A DNA stretch of 64,000 bases from Bacteroidales bacterium (GCA_031275085.1 JAISPG010000042.1:8071-72070); one strand, 5' to 3'; counted from the stretch's first letter, positions 30,070 through 39,419 are shown. A program made the numbers and translations. The notes: generated by a model not told the origin, from the sequence alone.

Positions 30070-31398
30070 ATGAGATTTTCCACTTTATTTTTTATTATGT
30101 TTTTTATTTTTTCCGGAGTCGCTTCACAGGAAAACATCTGGACTCTGGAAGGATGTATGCAATATGCAGTAGAAAATAGTTCGAAAATTTATAAACAATT
30201 AGCTAAAAATACTATTACAGCTCAAAATTATAAAGAATCAGTAGGAAACCTGTTACCATCTTTAAATGCCGGAAGTAGTGTGTATTTCAACTTTGGACGA
30301 CAACTAGACCCGGAAACAAATAATTATAATAATATAAATTCATTCAGTAACAGTTACAGTATTTATTCTTCACTAAATTTGTTCAGCGGACTATCCGGAA
30401 TAAATAGTTTAAAAATGCAGAAAGTAAATAAATTAAGAGGAGTAGAAGAATTACAGGAAATAAAGGATATCGTTGCTTACGAAACTATGGAAGCCTATTT
30501 GAATGTTTTATATATAAAAGAAATTTACAAATTAGCCGGACTACAGTTGGAAGAAAGTCGCAGAAGTCTTGAACAAATAAAAAAGATGGAGCAATTAGGA
30601 ATAAAAGGAAGTCCTGATGTTGCCGAATTAACAGCAAAAGAAGCAGCTGATAATTATAACCTCACAAAACAAAAAAATCAACTTACGATAGCAATGATAA
30701 AGTTGAAAGAAAAAATGAACTATCCTTTTGATAAAGACATTGAACTATCAGAGTATGAGGATCTGCAATCAATTCAAAAAACTACAGAAACAGCTGATAA
30801 TATTTATGAAAAAGCTCTTTCTTCGTATAGTAGAGTACTTTCGGCGGCGTATAGTCTTAAATCCAGTAATCTGGCTTATAATGTTTCAAAAGGATATCTT
30901 TTCCCAAAGCTCAGTGTAGAAGCCGGATATTCTACAGGATTTTCCCGTTACATGGATGGCAGTACTTTCTATGACCCTTTCAAGGAACAAATGAAGAACC
31001 GCCAGGGCTATTATATAGGATTTTCACTTTCTGTTCCTATATTTAACGGATTTTATTATTCAGCCAACTTAAAAAGAAATAAACAAAACTTTATGATAGC
31101 TCAGTATGAGTATGATGAAATTTTATATTCGATTTATTCCGAAATAGAACAGGCCGTAGCCGATATGAACGGACAGGCAGATGCTTATATACAAGCCCAG
31201 AAACAGGTAGAAGCAATGAAATTAGCACACTCTGCGAACCAAAAAAAATATGATCAGGGTTTAATTAGTGCAATTGAATTAACAACCAGCTCTAACAGGC
31301 TTTTATCTGCTCAAATCGAAGAGATAAATGCAAAATATATGTTCTGGCTAAAATATAAATTAGTGAAATATTACAAAGGAGAAAGTTTTGTAAACTAA
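30070..31398 (+). CDS. TolC-family outer membrane efflux protein
   Basis: 442 aa with a signal peptide and OEP repeats (WTLEGCMQYAVENS..., C-terminal LISAIELTTSSNRLLSAQ). Confidence 0.85.
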   Translation: MRFSTLFFIMFFIFSGVASQENIWTLEGCMQYAVENSSKIYKQLAKNTITAQNYKESVGNLLPSLNAGSSVYFNFGRQLDPETNNYNNINSFSNSYSIYSSLNLFSGLSGINSLKMQKVNKLRGVEELQEIKDIVAYETMEAYLNVLYIKEIYKLAGLQLEESRRSLEQIKKMEQLGIKGSPDVAELTAKEAADNYNLTKQKNQLTIAMIKLKEKMNYPFDKDIELSEYEDLQSIQKTTETADNIYEKALSSYSRVLSAAYSLKSSNLAYNVSKGYLFPKLSVEAGYSTGFSRYMDGSTFYDPFKEQMKNRQGYYIGFSLSVPIFNGFYYSANLKRNKQNFMIAQYEYDEILYSIYSEIEQAVADMNGQADAYIQAQKQVEAMKLAHSANQKKYDQGLISAIELTTSSNRLLSAQIEEINAKYMFWLKYKLVKYYKGESFVN

Positions 31399-31459
31399 AA
31401 ATGAGAAGTAAAATATTTTTCAATTTTATAGATATTAAGAACTTTATAAACTGATTTTT

Positions 31460-32722
31460 ATGGAAAATAATATGGATAGAATACTGGAAAAGAAAAAAGG
31501 AATAAGAAAAAAACACATTCCTTATATCTTATTCGGGATTTTTATTCTGGTAGTTCTTGGGTGGGCAGTATTTGGCAATCATGTTTCAAAATTTAGTGTC
31601 GAAAAACAAAAACTTATTATCCAGAATGTAACCAATGGCGAATTTAACGATTATATACGTATAAACGGACAGGTGCAGCCCATAAATACAATACAGTTAA
31701 GTGCTATTGAGGGAGGTATGGTGGCTGAAAAAGTTGTGGAAGAAGGCTCAATTCTAAAGAAAGAAGATATTATTATCCGTCTTAATAATCCCATGTTAAG
31801 TCTTAATATTCTTGACAGCGAAGCTCAACTTGCCGAAAAGCAAAACTTTCTCAGGAATACACAGGTTACAATGGAGCAGGAAAAACTGAATCTAAGAAGA
31901 GAACGTCTGCAATTAGATTTGGATGTTGAAAGAAAGAAAAGAAAATACCAGCAATATGAACAATTAAATAATGAAAATTTAATATCCAGAGAAGATTACT
32001 TACAATCCAAAGAAGACTATGAGTTTGCCGTAAATTCTCGTCAGCTGGTTATAGACAGGCAGTTTCAGGACTCTATATATAGAACGATACAGGTTGTTCA
32101 GATGGAAGAAAGTCTTGATAATATGCGTAAAAATCTTGAATTAGTACGTAAACGCGTTGAAGACTTAGATGTAAAATCTCCTATCGACGGACAATTAGGA
32201 TTATTGGATGTGGAAATCGGTCAGTCGATTTCTTCGGGAACCAGAATAGGGCAAATCAATGTTCTGTCGGATTATAAAATTGAAGCTTTGATTGACGAGC
32301 ATTATATTGACAGGGTGAAATCCGGATTAACAGCAACTTTTGAGCGTCAGGACAAGACCTTTAACCTGAAAGTCCGTAAAGTATATCCCGAAGTAAGAAA
32401 TAAACAATTTAAAACAGATTTTGTGTTTGAAGGCGACCGTCCCGAAAATATACGTTCGGGGCAGACATATTATATAAATCTGCAACTGGGACAACCAGCC
32501 GAAGCTATTCTGATTCCGCGTGGAGCATTCTATCAAAGTACAGGAGGACAATGGATTTTTGTTGTAACTCCTGAAGGCGACAAAGCTGTCCGTAGAAAAA
32601 TAAGCATAGGTCGTCAAAATCCATTGTATTATGAAGTTCTCAGCGGACTTGAATCCGGAGAAAAAGTCGTTGTTTCAAGTTATGATACTTATGGTGATGT
32701 AGAAGAATTAATATTAAAATAA
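31460..32722 (+). CDS. HlyD/MacA-type periplasmic adaptor (membrane fusion protein)
   Basis: 420 aa with an N-terminal TM anchor, a lipoyl/barrel-sandwich motif, a long coiled coil and a beta-barrel C-terminus. Confidence 0.85.
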   Translation: MENNMDRILEKKKGIRKKHIPYILFGIFILVVLGWAVFGNHVSKFSVEKQKLIIQNVTNGEFNDYIRINGQVQPINTIQLSAIEGGMVAEKVVEEGSILKKEDIIIRLNNPMLSLNILDSEAQLAEKQNFLRNTQVTMEQEKLNLRRERLQLDLDVERKKRKYQQYEQLNNENLISREDYLQSKEDYEFAVNSRQLVIDRQFQDSIYRTIQVVQMEESLDNMRKNLELVRKRVEDLDVKSPIDGQLGLLDVEIGQSISSGTRIGQINVLSDYKIEALIDEHYIDRVKSGLTATFERQDKTFNLKVRKVYPEVRNKQFKTDFVFEGDRPENIRSGQTYYINLQLGQPAEAILIPRGAFYQSTGGQWIFVVTPEGDKAVRRKISIGRQNPLYYEVLSGLESGEKVVVSSYDTYGDVEELILK

Positions 32723-32735
32723 ATATAAATATGCA

Positions 32736-32842
32736 AAAAGCAAACGAAGCATATATGAATATAAACTAACAGAATTCCCAACTCTGTTTTTATATCCGTA
32801 AAAATTTTAAACCCATTTATAAAATATGCTTTGTTTGCTTTT
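32736..32842 (+). terminator. long-range hairpin (19-bp stem, ~69-nt loop) followed by a T run, directly after the hlyD-type gene
   Basis: AAAAGCAAACGAAGCATAT (32736-32754) pairs with ATATGCTTTGTTTGCTTTT (32824-32842) at 18 of 19 positions. Confidence 0.5.
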
Positions 32843-32917
32843 TTAAGACAATTTAGCTTCTTTTACTATTTTTATTTATTAAATTCGTTTATTATTGATT
32901 TAGACAACTTTTAACAA

Positions 32918-33569
32918 CATTCCGTAAGGAATGAAAATTTGGTAGAATATACATAACAACACCTACATTCATTCCGTTAGGAACCGAAGCTCAACGACTG
33001 AAAGGAGTTAATGTAACAAAACATAAAAATATGGCAAACACCTATACACAAATCCACATTCATGTTGTTTTTTCAGTAAAAAACAGAGCCTCATTAATAA
33101 AAAATGAATGGGAAAATAAGTTACATCAGTATATAGTTGGCATTATCCAAAATTATGGGCATAAAGTTTTGGCAATCAATGGAACATCAGATCATATTCA
33201 CATTTTATTTGGTTTTCGTCCTGCGCAATCACTTTCAGTATTAATGCAAAATGTAAAACGTGACAGTTCTGCATGGATAAATCAAAATAAATTTGTCAAA
33301 GGTCATTTTTCCTGGCAAGAGGGATATGGAGGTTTTTCGTATAGTAAATCACAATTACCACAAATTATTAATTACATATTAACCCAAAAAGAACATCATA
33401 AAAAACATACGTTTCTGGAAGAATACAAAAAGATATTAGAAAAATTTGAAATAGAATATGATGAAAAATATATATTCAGCCCAACATCAGGATAATGTTA
33501 CATTCCTGACGGAATGCAGACCATTAGAATAGCATCTTTTCTACCAACGTTTTATTCCTAACGGAATAA
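32918..33569 (+). mobile_element. REP-associated tyrosine transposase unit (RAYT gene flanked by inverted REP hairpins)
   Basis: The left end 32918-32947 (cattccgtaaggaatgaaaatttggtagaa) matches the reverse complement of the right end 33539-33569 at 25 of 30 positions. Inner hairpins lie at 32970-32984 and 33501-33516. Confidence 0.75.
33031..33495 (+). CDS. IS200/IS605-like Y1 (HUH) transposase, RAYT type
   Basis: 154 aa with the HUH motif (QIHIHVVF) and a C-terminal catalytic Tyr region (INYILTQKEHHKK). Confidence 0.85.
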   Translation: MANTYTQIHIHVVFSVKNRASLIKNEWENKLHQYIVGIIQNYGHKVLAINGTSDHIHILFGFRPAQSLSVLMQNVKRDSSAWINQNKFVKGHFSWQEGYGGFSYSKSQLPQIINYILTQKEHHKKHTFLEEYKKILEKFEIEYDEKYIFSPTSG

Positions 33570-33741
33570 TCGTTGTATAAAATTTTAGTTTAATAGTACC
33601 TTATAAAATCAACAAAAAGCAGTTTGTATTATTTTTATCATATAATACATTTTATTTTATTCTTGTTAAAAATATTCCGAACTTTTTTCGCTATTGGAAA
33701 TATTAATCATATTTCATTCTAAGATAATAATCTTATCAAAA

Positions 33742-33812
33742 CGTTCCGCTTCATGTTGTTTTTTGTATATAAAATCTGCCTGTAATATCCATCTACTTTT
33801 TAAAGTATTGAT
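33742..33812. repeat. copy 1 of a duplicated 71-bp intergenic segment
   Basis: A gapless hand alignment with 35074-35144 gives 59 of 71 identical positions. Weaker similarity continues on both sides. Confidence 0.8.
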
Positions 33813-33889
33813 CAAAGAAACCATATAATTTATTGATAATATACAATTCCCATCAATAAAAACACTTCAAAACTAGTTTATTATGTCCT

Positions 33890-34510
33890 TTACTTGGCAT
33901 CATAATTTCTTACTTCTTTCTGAATAAAAATTTTTATGGTTTCCCAATCTAACTTACTATATATTTTGGGAAGTGGTTGTTCTTCTGCATCTTCAAAGTA
34001 AGCGAGGCTTCTTAGCACCATGAACGAAGAATGATTAGGATATTTTTGTTCATAAAAAGTAATCATTTGCATAAGCGAATAATGTTGAAGTAGAAAATAA
34101 AGATCCACAAAATCTTTTTTTGTTCCACGGTTGGTTATAGCAGAAAGTTTCATTGCTGCAATATCTTTTAATCCGGCCATTCTTACTCCGTCTGTTTCAA
34201 TAGCAGGTTCAAGCCATTTGTATGGGTAATTAACAATATCAACTTTTATATTGTTTATATAAAGTACTTTTATTGATTTAGTATCTTGTTTTACTACAAT
34301 ATTAAAATCTGGTGAACAAAATTCATTAATAATTTCAGTTGTAGTGGCTTCCATCGTACCAAAGAAATCAAGATCAATAGAGAATCGATGTCCTAATTGC
34401 AAAGCAAGAGCAGTTCCACCAACCAATCGCATTTGTGAAAGCAGCGAACTTTCCTGCAGTTTTTTTAAAAGTACCAGTGTGTGTGTTTCGACTGTAGAAG
34501 TTTGTAGCAT
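33890..34510 (-). CDS. short AbiEii/AbiGii-like nucleotidyltransferase (putative toxin)
   Basis: 206 aa with the NTase motif LVGGTALALQLGHRFSIDLDFF. Confidence 0.7.
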   Translation of the reverse strand: MLQTSTVETHTLVLLKKLQESSLLSQMRLVGGTALALQLGHRFSIDLDFFGTMEATTTEIINEFCSPDFNIVVKQDTKSIKVLYINNIKVDIVNYPYKWLEPAIETDGVRMAGLKDIAAMKLSAITNRGTKKDFVDLYFLLQHYSLMQMITFYEQKYPNHSSFMVLRSLAYFEDAEEQPLPKIYSKLDWETIKIFIQKEVRNYDAK

Positions 34511-34764
34511 CTAAATTGATTTTGAGGAGTATTTGTAATAGTTGAAATAAAAGAAAGCGATTCGCGTTCCATGCTTTTTATGTTCAAAGCAATTTCGCGT
34601 AATTGTTCTAATCCATAGTAAGATTTAATAAAAATCCAATCTTGCATCATTCCGTAATCCAATACACGAGCAACAATAAAAGCGGCATGTTTTTGCATAT
34701 CTAAATCATTTATGTCCACATCCCAAAAAAGATTCGGCGAAAAATTTGATAATTCATCTGTCAT
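34465..34764 (-). CDS. DUF6922-like small protein (putative cognate antitoxin)
   Basis: 99 aa with the pattern FWDVD...LD...RV...YYG...FRCYKL, recalled as DUF6922. It overlaps the NTase gene by 46 nt. Confidence 0.55.
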   Translation of the reverse strand: MTDELSNFSPNLFWDVDINDLDMQKHAAFIVARVLDYGMMQDWIFIKSYYGLEQLREIALNIKSMERESLSFISTITNTPQNQFRCYKLLQSKHTHWYF

Positions 34765-35073
34765 GGCTCAATTATTTCATTTTATGGCAAATATAATTGT
34801 TTTTTTGAAAATATTTATGATGTTATACGTTAAGCTAAATTTGAAAATCCGAAACAAACCATGGCATAAATAATTCGGTAACATTTTGATATTTTTTAAT
34901 AAAATTTTCCCTGAATGAAGAAAATAAACAAAAAATTTTGGCTTTGAAAACGGCATAATACCAAAATGATTTATTTTTCATTCCTAAGTGTTCGGCATAG
35001 TCTCTTTTGACTATGTCGGATTAAAAACAAAGCTCCGGCTTTGTATCTTATACCATTTCTTTGGCATAAAATC

Positions 35074-35144
35074 CGTTCCGCTTTATGCTGTTTTTTGTAT
35101 ATAGAGTCTGCCTGTAATCTTCGTTTGTTTTTTAAATTATTAAT
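35074..35144. repeat. copy 2 of the duplicated 71-bp intergenic segment
   Basis: See 33742-33812. This copy sits immediately upstream of the functional-looking UAS of ftsX-1. Confidence 0.8.
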
Positions 35145-35151
35145 TACAATG

Positions 35152-35189
35152 TGTAAAATATTTTACCATAATTGTAAAATAATTTTACA
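35152..35189. promoter_or_regulatory. paired dyad UAS upstream of ftsX-1
   Basis: GTAAAATATTTTAC is at 35153-35166 and the perfect TGTAAAATAATTTTACA is at 35173-35189. Confidence 0.7.
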
Positions 35190-35242
35190 TTTCCCAATTA
35201 AATAAAATAAATAAACGACTTGTAATTAGCACATTACCTGTT

Positions 35243-35258
35243 TGGTATAACTTTAGCA
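35243..35258 (+). promoter_or_regulatory. putative sigma-54 -24/-12 promoter (TGGTATAACTTTAGCA)
   Basis: GG and GC are spaced as in RpoN promoters. The GG lies 63 bp from the dyad centre and the element ends 32 nt before the ATG. Confidence 0.6.
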
Positions 35259-35289
35259 TGCTACATATAATAAAGATAATAAAATATTA

Positions 35290-37656
35290 ATGAGGAATTT
35301 TATATTAGCACTTCGTTCATTATTAAAAAAAGGACAGGGAAATATTGTTAAAATACTATCTCTCGGTGTTGGCTTAGCAGTTGGACTAATAATTATTGCA
35401 GAATTATATTTTGAATTCAATTATGATAACTTTTATCCAGATTCCGAACGGATATACCAAATAAGAACTAACTTTAAGATGGGTGATGATGAAGCTGAAC
35501 CTGATGATAGAACAAGTGGTGGAGTTGCTTTAGGTATGCGCAATGAAATTCCGGGAGTAGAATCGGCAACCAGAGCGACCTTTTTTAGTGATGTTTTTTA
35601 TACTGAAGACAAGCAAAAATTTTCCGAAAATGCTTATTTAGCTGATGAAATGTTTTTTGATGTACTGCCGCGTCCAATGGTGTTGGGAAATGCCAAAGAA
35701 ATCCTTTCAAAACCTATGTATGCAATAATTTCGCGTTCGGTAGCAGAAAAACTTGCAGAAAATATATCCGGTGTTATAGGACAAACCATTGAATTTGAAG
35801 GCTATCCTGATAAAAATGTTATTATAGGCGGCATATTTGAAGATTTGCCGAAAAACTCTCATTTACAATATGATATACTGATTTCATTAAATTCAATAAT
35901 AAATTTCTGGCAATGGGACGGTTCCTTGAATTGGGACGGAAACGAAAGGTATTATGGATATGTTAAATTAGCTGATGGAATAAATCCCGACAACCTGGCA
36001 ACTCCAATACTGGAAATGCAAAAACGACATCAGGATCTGGAAGAATACGAAAAAGAAGGATATGAAATATCATATTTTCTGGTTCCTCTTTCCAAAGCCC
36101 ATACCGAAGTTCCGGGACTTTTAATGATAGTTGCATTTATTGCACTTCTGGCTTTTGTAATAATTCTTATTGCCGTAACAAATTATATCCTTATTGTAAT
36201 TTCATCTTTGGTAAACCGTACAAAAGAAATCGGAGTATATAGATGTTACGGAGCTTCGAATAAGAATATTACAGGAATTATACTTTCGGAAACATTAGTT
36301 CACCTTTTCCTGTCTTTAATAGTAGCTGCAGTATTTATTTTAATCCTTAAACCTACAATAGAAAATATTTTCGGAAATCCCATAGAAGCATTATTTACTT
36401 TTAATTCGGCACTGTTGTTAACCGTTGTTTGCGGTTTTGTATTTCTGTTCACAGGACTTATTCCGGCAAGAATATTTGTAAGGATTCCGGTAAGTGCCGC
36501 ATTTCGCAACTTTAAAGGCAATCGGAGGCGCTGGAAACATATCCTGCTGTTTTTCCAGTTTACAATAGTATCATTTCTGATAACATTACTGATAATAATG
36601 GGATTGCAATACAGGTTAATGATAAATGACAATCCCGGCTACGAATACGAAAATGTTCTGTATCATTATACATACGGATTAACTGCAACAGAACATCAAA
36701 AAGCTATGGATGAATTAAAAAAATCGCCACAAGTAGAGTTGGTAACAGAAGGAACATTCTTTTTGTACGGACCATCCGGAAATAATGTTTATGTACCTGA
36801 TGATGAGCGTGCACAATTCAACTTCGGCGACTTATACAGCGTTGATGAAAACTATCTTGATTTATTTGAAATTCCTGTTGTAGAAGGAAAAAATTTCGAT
36901 ATAAATTCCACCCCAAATCAAATGATAGTAAGCCGTTCGTTCGCAGAAAAACTATCCGGATTACAGAATTGGAAAGATGGAGTTGTAGGCAAAAACGTGC
37001 TTGTTACAGAACACGATGGAATACATACAATAATCGGAGTTCACGAGAATATTCGTATTGGCTCGGTTCAGGATAGTGACCCCAGACCAACAGCGATGTT
37101 CTACAAAAACAAGAATTTCCATCCCGGAATTATTTTTATAAAACTATCGCAATTAAATCAGGAAACAATTCTGCAGGTAATTGATATTCTGGAATCGGCA
37201 AATCCCGGCAAAGATGTTACGGTTACACCATATAAAGCTACAATGATAAGCATGTACGATTCTTTTAAAGATATGCGTAATATAATAATGGTAATAGGAA
37301 TTATTACATTGATAATAGCCATAACAGGACTTGCCGGATACACAAGAGACGAAGTCAACCGCAGAAGTGCCGAAATAGCAATACGAAAAATAAACGGAGC
37401 AACAATCCTGAATATTCAAAAATTATTTATTATTAATATTCTGTGGGTATCAATTCCTTCTGTTGCAATAGGCAGCACTTTGTCTTTATTTGTTGCGGCA
37501 AAATGGATGGAAAGTTTTACAAAAACCATAGATTTTTCAATATGGCTGTTCTTGTTATGCAGTATCATAGTTTTGTCAATAATAGTAATTATTATGCTTA
37601 TAGGTACATATAGAATTGCAGTTAAAAATCCGGTAGAGTCAATAAAAAATGAATGA
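35290..37656 (+). CDS. MacB-type ABC transporter permease with duplicated FtsX domains (ftsX-1)
   Basis: 788 aa with an N-terminal TM helix, two large extracytoplasmic regions and two FtsX TM bundles. It carries the shared C-terminal signature EIAIRKINGA...KWMESF...NPVESIKNE. Confidence 0.85.
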   Translation: MRNFILALRSLLKKGQGNIVKILSLGVGLAVGLIIIAELYFEFNYDNFYPDSERIYQIRTNFKMGDDEAEPDDRTSGGVALGMRNEIPGVESATRATFFSDVFYTEDKQKFSENAYLADEMFFDVLPRPMVLGNAKEILSKPMYAIISRSVAEKLAENISGVIGQTIEFEGYPDKNVIIGGIFEDLPKNSHLQYDILISLNSIINFWQWDGSLNWDGNERYYGYVKLADGINPDNLATPILEMQKRHQDLEEYEKEGYEISYFLVPLSKAHTEVPGLLMIVAFIALLAFVIILIAVTNYILIVISSLVNRTKEIGVYRCYGASNKNITGIILSETLVHLFLSLIVAAVFILILKPTIENIFGNPIEALFTFNSALLLTVVCGFVFLFTGLIPARIFVRIPVSAAFRNFKGNRRRWKHILLFFQFTIVSFLITLLIIMGLQYRLMINDNPGYEYENVLYHYTYGLTATEHQKAMDELKKSPQVELVTEGTFFLYGPSGNNVYVPDDERAQFNFGDLYSVDENYLDLFEIPVVEGKNFDINSTPNQMIVSRSFAEKLSGLQNWKDGVVGKNVLVTEHDGIHTIIGVHENIRIGSVQDSDPRPTAMFYKNKNFHPGIIFIKLSQLNQETILQVIDILESANPGKDVTVTPYKATMISMYDSFKDMRNIIMVIGIITLIIAITGLAGYTRDEVNRRSAEIAIRKINGATILNIQKLFIINILWVSIPSVAIGSTLSLFVAAKWMESFTKTIDFSIWLFLLCSIIVLSIIVIIMLIGTYRIAVKNPVESIKNE

Positions 37657-37782
37657 CCCCAAAGTGGAATATTTTTCATTCTGTAGAGTTTGTCTCAATT
37701 TGACGGAACTATGAGATTTTCAAAACGGAATGAAAAACAAATCACTTTGATATAAAATGATGGTGAAATATGCTAATGCAAA

Positions 37783-38568
37783 TTATGTCAACATCCTCAC
37801 AAATTCACCAAAATGTACTATTTTTTCTTTGTTCACTGTATTGAATAACAAGTGTTCAAAATCGTTAGATTTGTGTCGCAAATCTACTTTTTTGGTTATT
37901 TCTATTAATTTTATTTTTAACTCGGTCAGGTTATGAATATTATGTTTTTGAGCAAGATAATCATAATTCGGCTTTGTTTGAGAAAGCAAAAACATGGTAT
38001 CGTAGAAATCGCGTCCTTTTGCTCGCGAAAGCAATGCCGACAATTTCATTGAACAAAGTATATCATCGGGAGGAACAGGAAATGCAATGAAAAAGCCGCA
38101 ACTACTGATAATTGCCATTTGAGGGATGTATTCAAATTCTTGATTTTGACTTTCAAGTTTAATCAAAAAACGCTCTTCTTTATATGCTGACAAACCCAAT
38201 TCAAACAACAATTCTGGGAAATAAATCCTTGAACGAAATGCTGTTAATTTTTCGCTTTGTTTTTCCCGTGTTTCGGCTCTAATTCCCGACCGTTGCAAGA
38301 AAGTTAAAACCGATTGAGACATTTCTGTAAAATCTTCGATAGAAAAATTCTTACAATCAAAATCCAAATCTTCTGAAAACCGGTCAATTCCTTTCACTAA
38401 ACGCAAATTTGTACCACCAATAAAAGTAATCTTTTTTACAAATTTCGATGTTGCTAAAAAATCTAAAATCATCAGTTGAATATATTCCTTTACGATATAC
38501 TTTTTGTGTATAGGATTTTCCCTGATTTGTGGCGAAAAATAATTTTGTATTTGTTCTAAATTCAGCAT
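37783..38568 (-). CDS. AbiEii/AbiGii-family nucleotidyltransferase toxin
   Basis: 261 aa with the motif FIGGTNLRLVKGIDRFSEDLDFD. Confidence 0.8.
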   Translation of the reverse strand: MLNLEQIQNYFSPQIRENPIHKKYIVKEYIQLMILDFLATSKFVKKITFIGGTNLRLVKGIDRFSEDLDFDCKNFSIEDFTEMSQSVLTFLQRSGIRAETREKQSEKLTAFRSRIYFPELLFELGLSAYKEERFLIKLESQNQEFEYIPQMAIISSCGFFIAFPVPPDDILCSMKLSALLSRAKGRDFYDTMFLLSQTKPNYDYLAQKHNIHNLTELKIKLIEITKKVDLRHKSNDFEHLLFNTVNKEKIVHFGEFVRMLT

Positions 38569-39182
38569 AAATCATAAATTTTAATAAGTAAATTAACTCT
38601 ATTACTTAGTACCTTAGATTGAAACCTTTCTGTAAATTCATTTAAACGCTCTATATTCAAATCCTCTTGCATAAATTCTTCATCAAACCGCAATTCTCTG
38701 ATTTCTTGCTCGTTATTATATATAGGATAAAGATACAACAAATCTAAAATAGCTTTTTCGGGAGTCGCAAAAAGCAAACTTGGTTTATTCGAAAACGCTT
38801 TTTGTTCATACCCGAACATCAACTTCGGTAAAATTTGTTGATACAAAAATGAGCCGAAAACATTCTCGAAATTTGCCTTTTTCAATGAACTTACAGCAGT
38901 TGTCTGCACTATTGCTTCAGGAATAATATCATAAAATGCCAATGCCGAATGTAAGCTTACATAAGAAGGACTATATATCCTATTTGAAACAAGATACTGA
39001 AAATTAGGCATTTTTAGATATTCAGGGAAACTATACCATGAATTACGCAATTTTACCAGTAAATTCTGCTTTGTCCAACGAGTGAGATTATTTTTATCAA
39101 AATCAGGTTTCCATGCATACACTTGATTAACATTGAAGCACGCCAAGTCATAAAATTGATTTCTAAATTGCCAAAAGTTCAT
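38562..39182 (-). CDS. AbiEi-like antitoxin / transcriptional regulator
   Basis: 206 aa lying directly upstream of the AbiEii gene and overlapping it by 7 nt. It has the motif SPSYVSLHSALAFYDIIPE, typical of AbiEi-type partners. Confidence 0.65.
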   Translation of the reverse strand: MNFWQFRNQFYDLACFNVNQVYAWKPDFDKNNLTRWTKQNLLVKLRNSWYSFPEYLKMPNFQYLVSNRIYSPSYVSLHSALAFYDIIPEAIVQTTAVSSLKKANFENVFGSFLYQQILPKLMFGYEQKAFSNKPSLLFATPEKAILDLLYLYPIYNNEQEIRELRFDEEFMQEDLNIERLNEFTERFQSKVLSNRVNLLIKIYDLC

Positions 39183-39326
39183 TTTAATTTAATTCTGTTT
39201 TTCCGTAAAAATACATAAAAAGAGAATTAAAACAAATTTTAATTAAAAAACATTACGGAATTAAGAGATTTTTTAAACATAGAATAAATGACTTCCTTAA
39301 ATAAATACAATCCTAATTCCGGGAAC

Positions 39327-39365
39327 TGTAAAATATATTATCACAGATTGTAAAATAATTTTACA
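39327..39365. promoter_or_regulatory. paired dyad UAS upstream of ftsX-2
   Basis: The degenerate site TGTAAAATATATTATCACA is at 39327-39345 and the perfect TGTAAAATAATTTTACA is at 39349-39365. Confidence 0.7.
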
Positions 39366-39419
39366 TTCCGGAACTAATCTTGATTATGTAAAATTCTTAT
39401 AATTATACCTTTAGCTATT

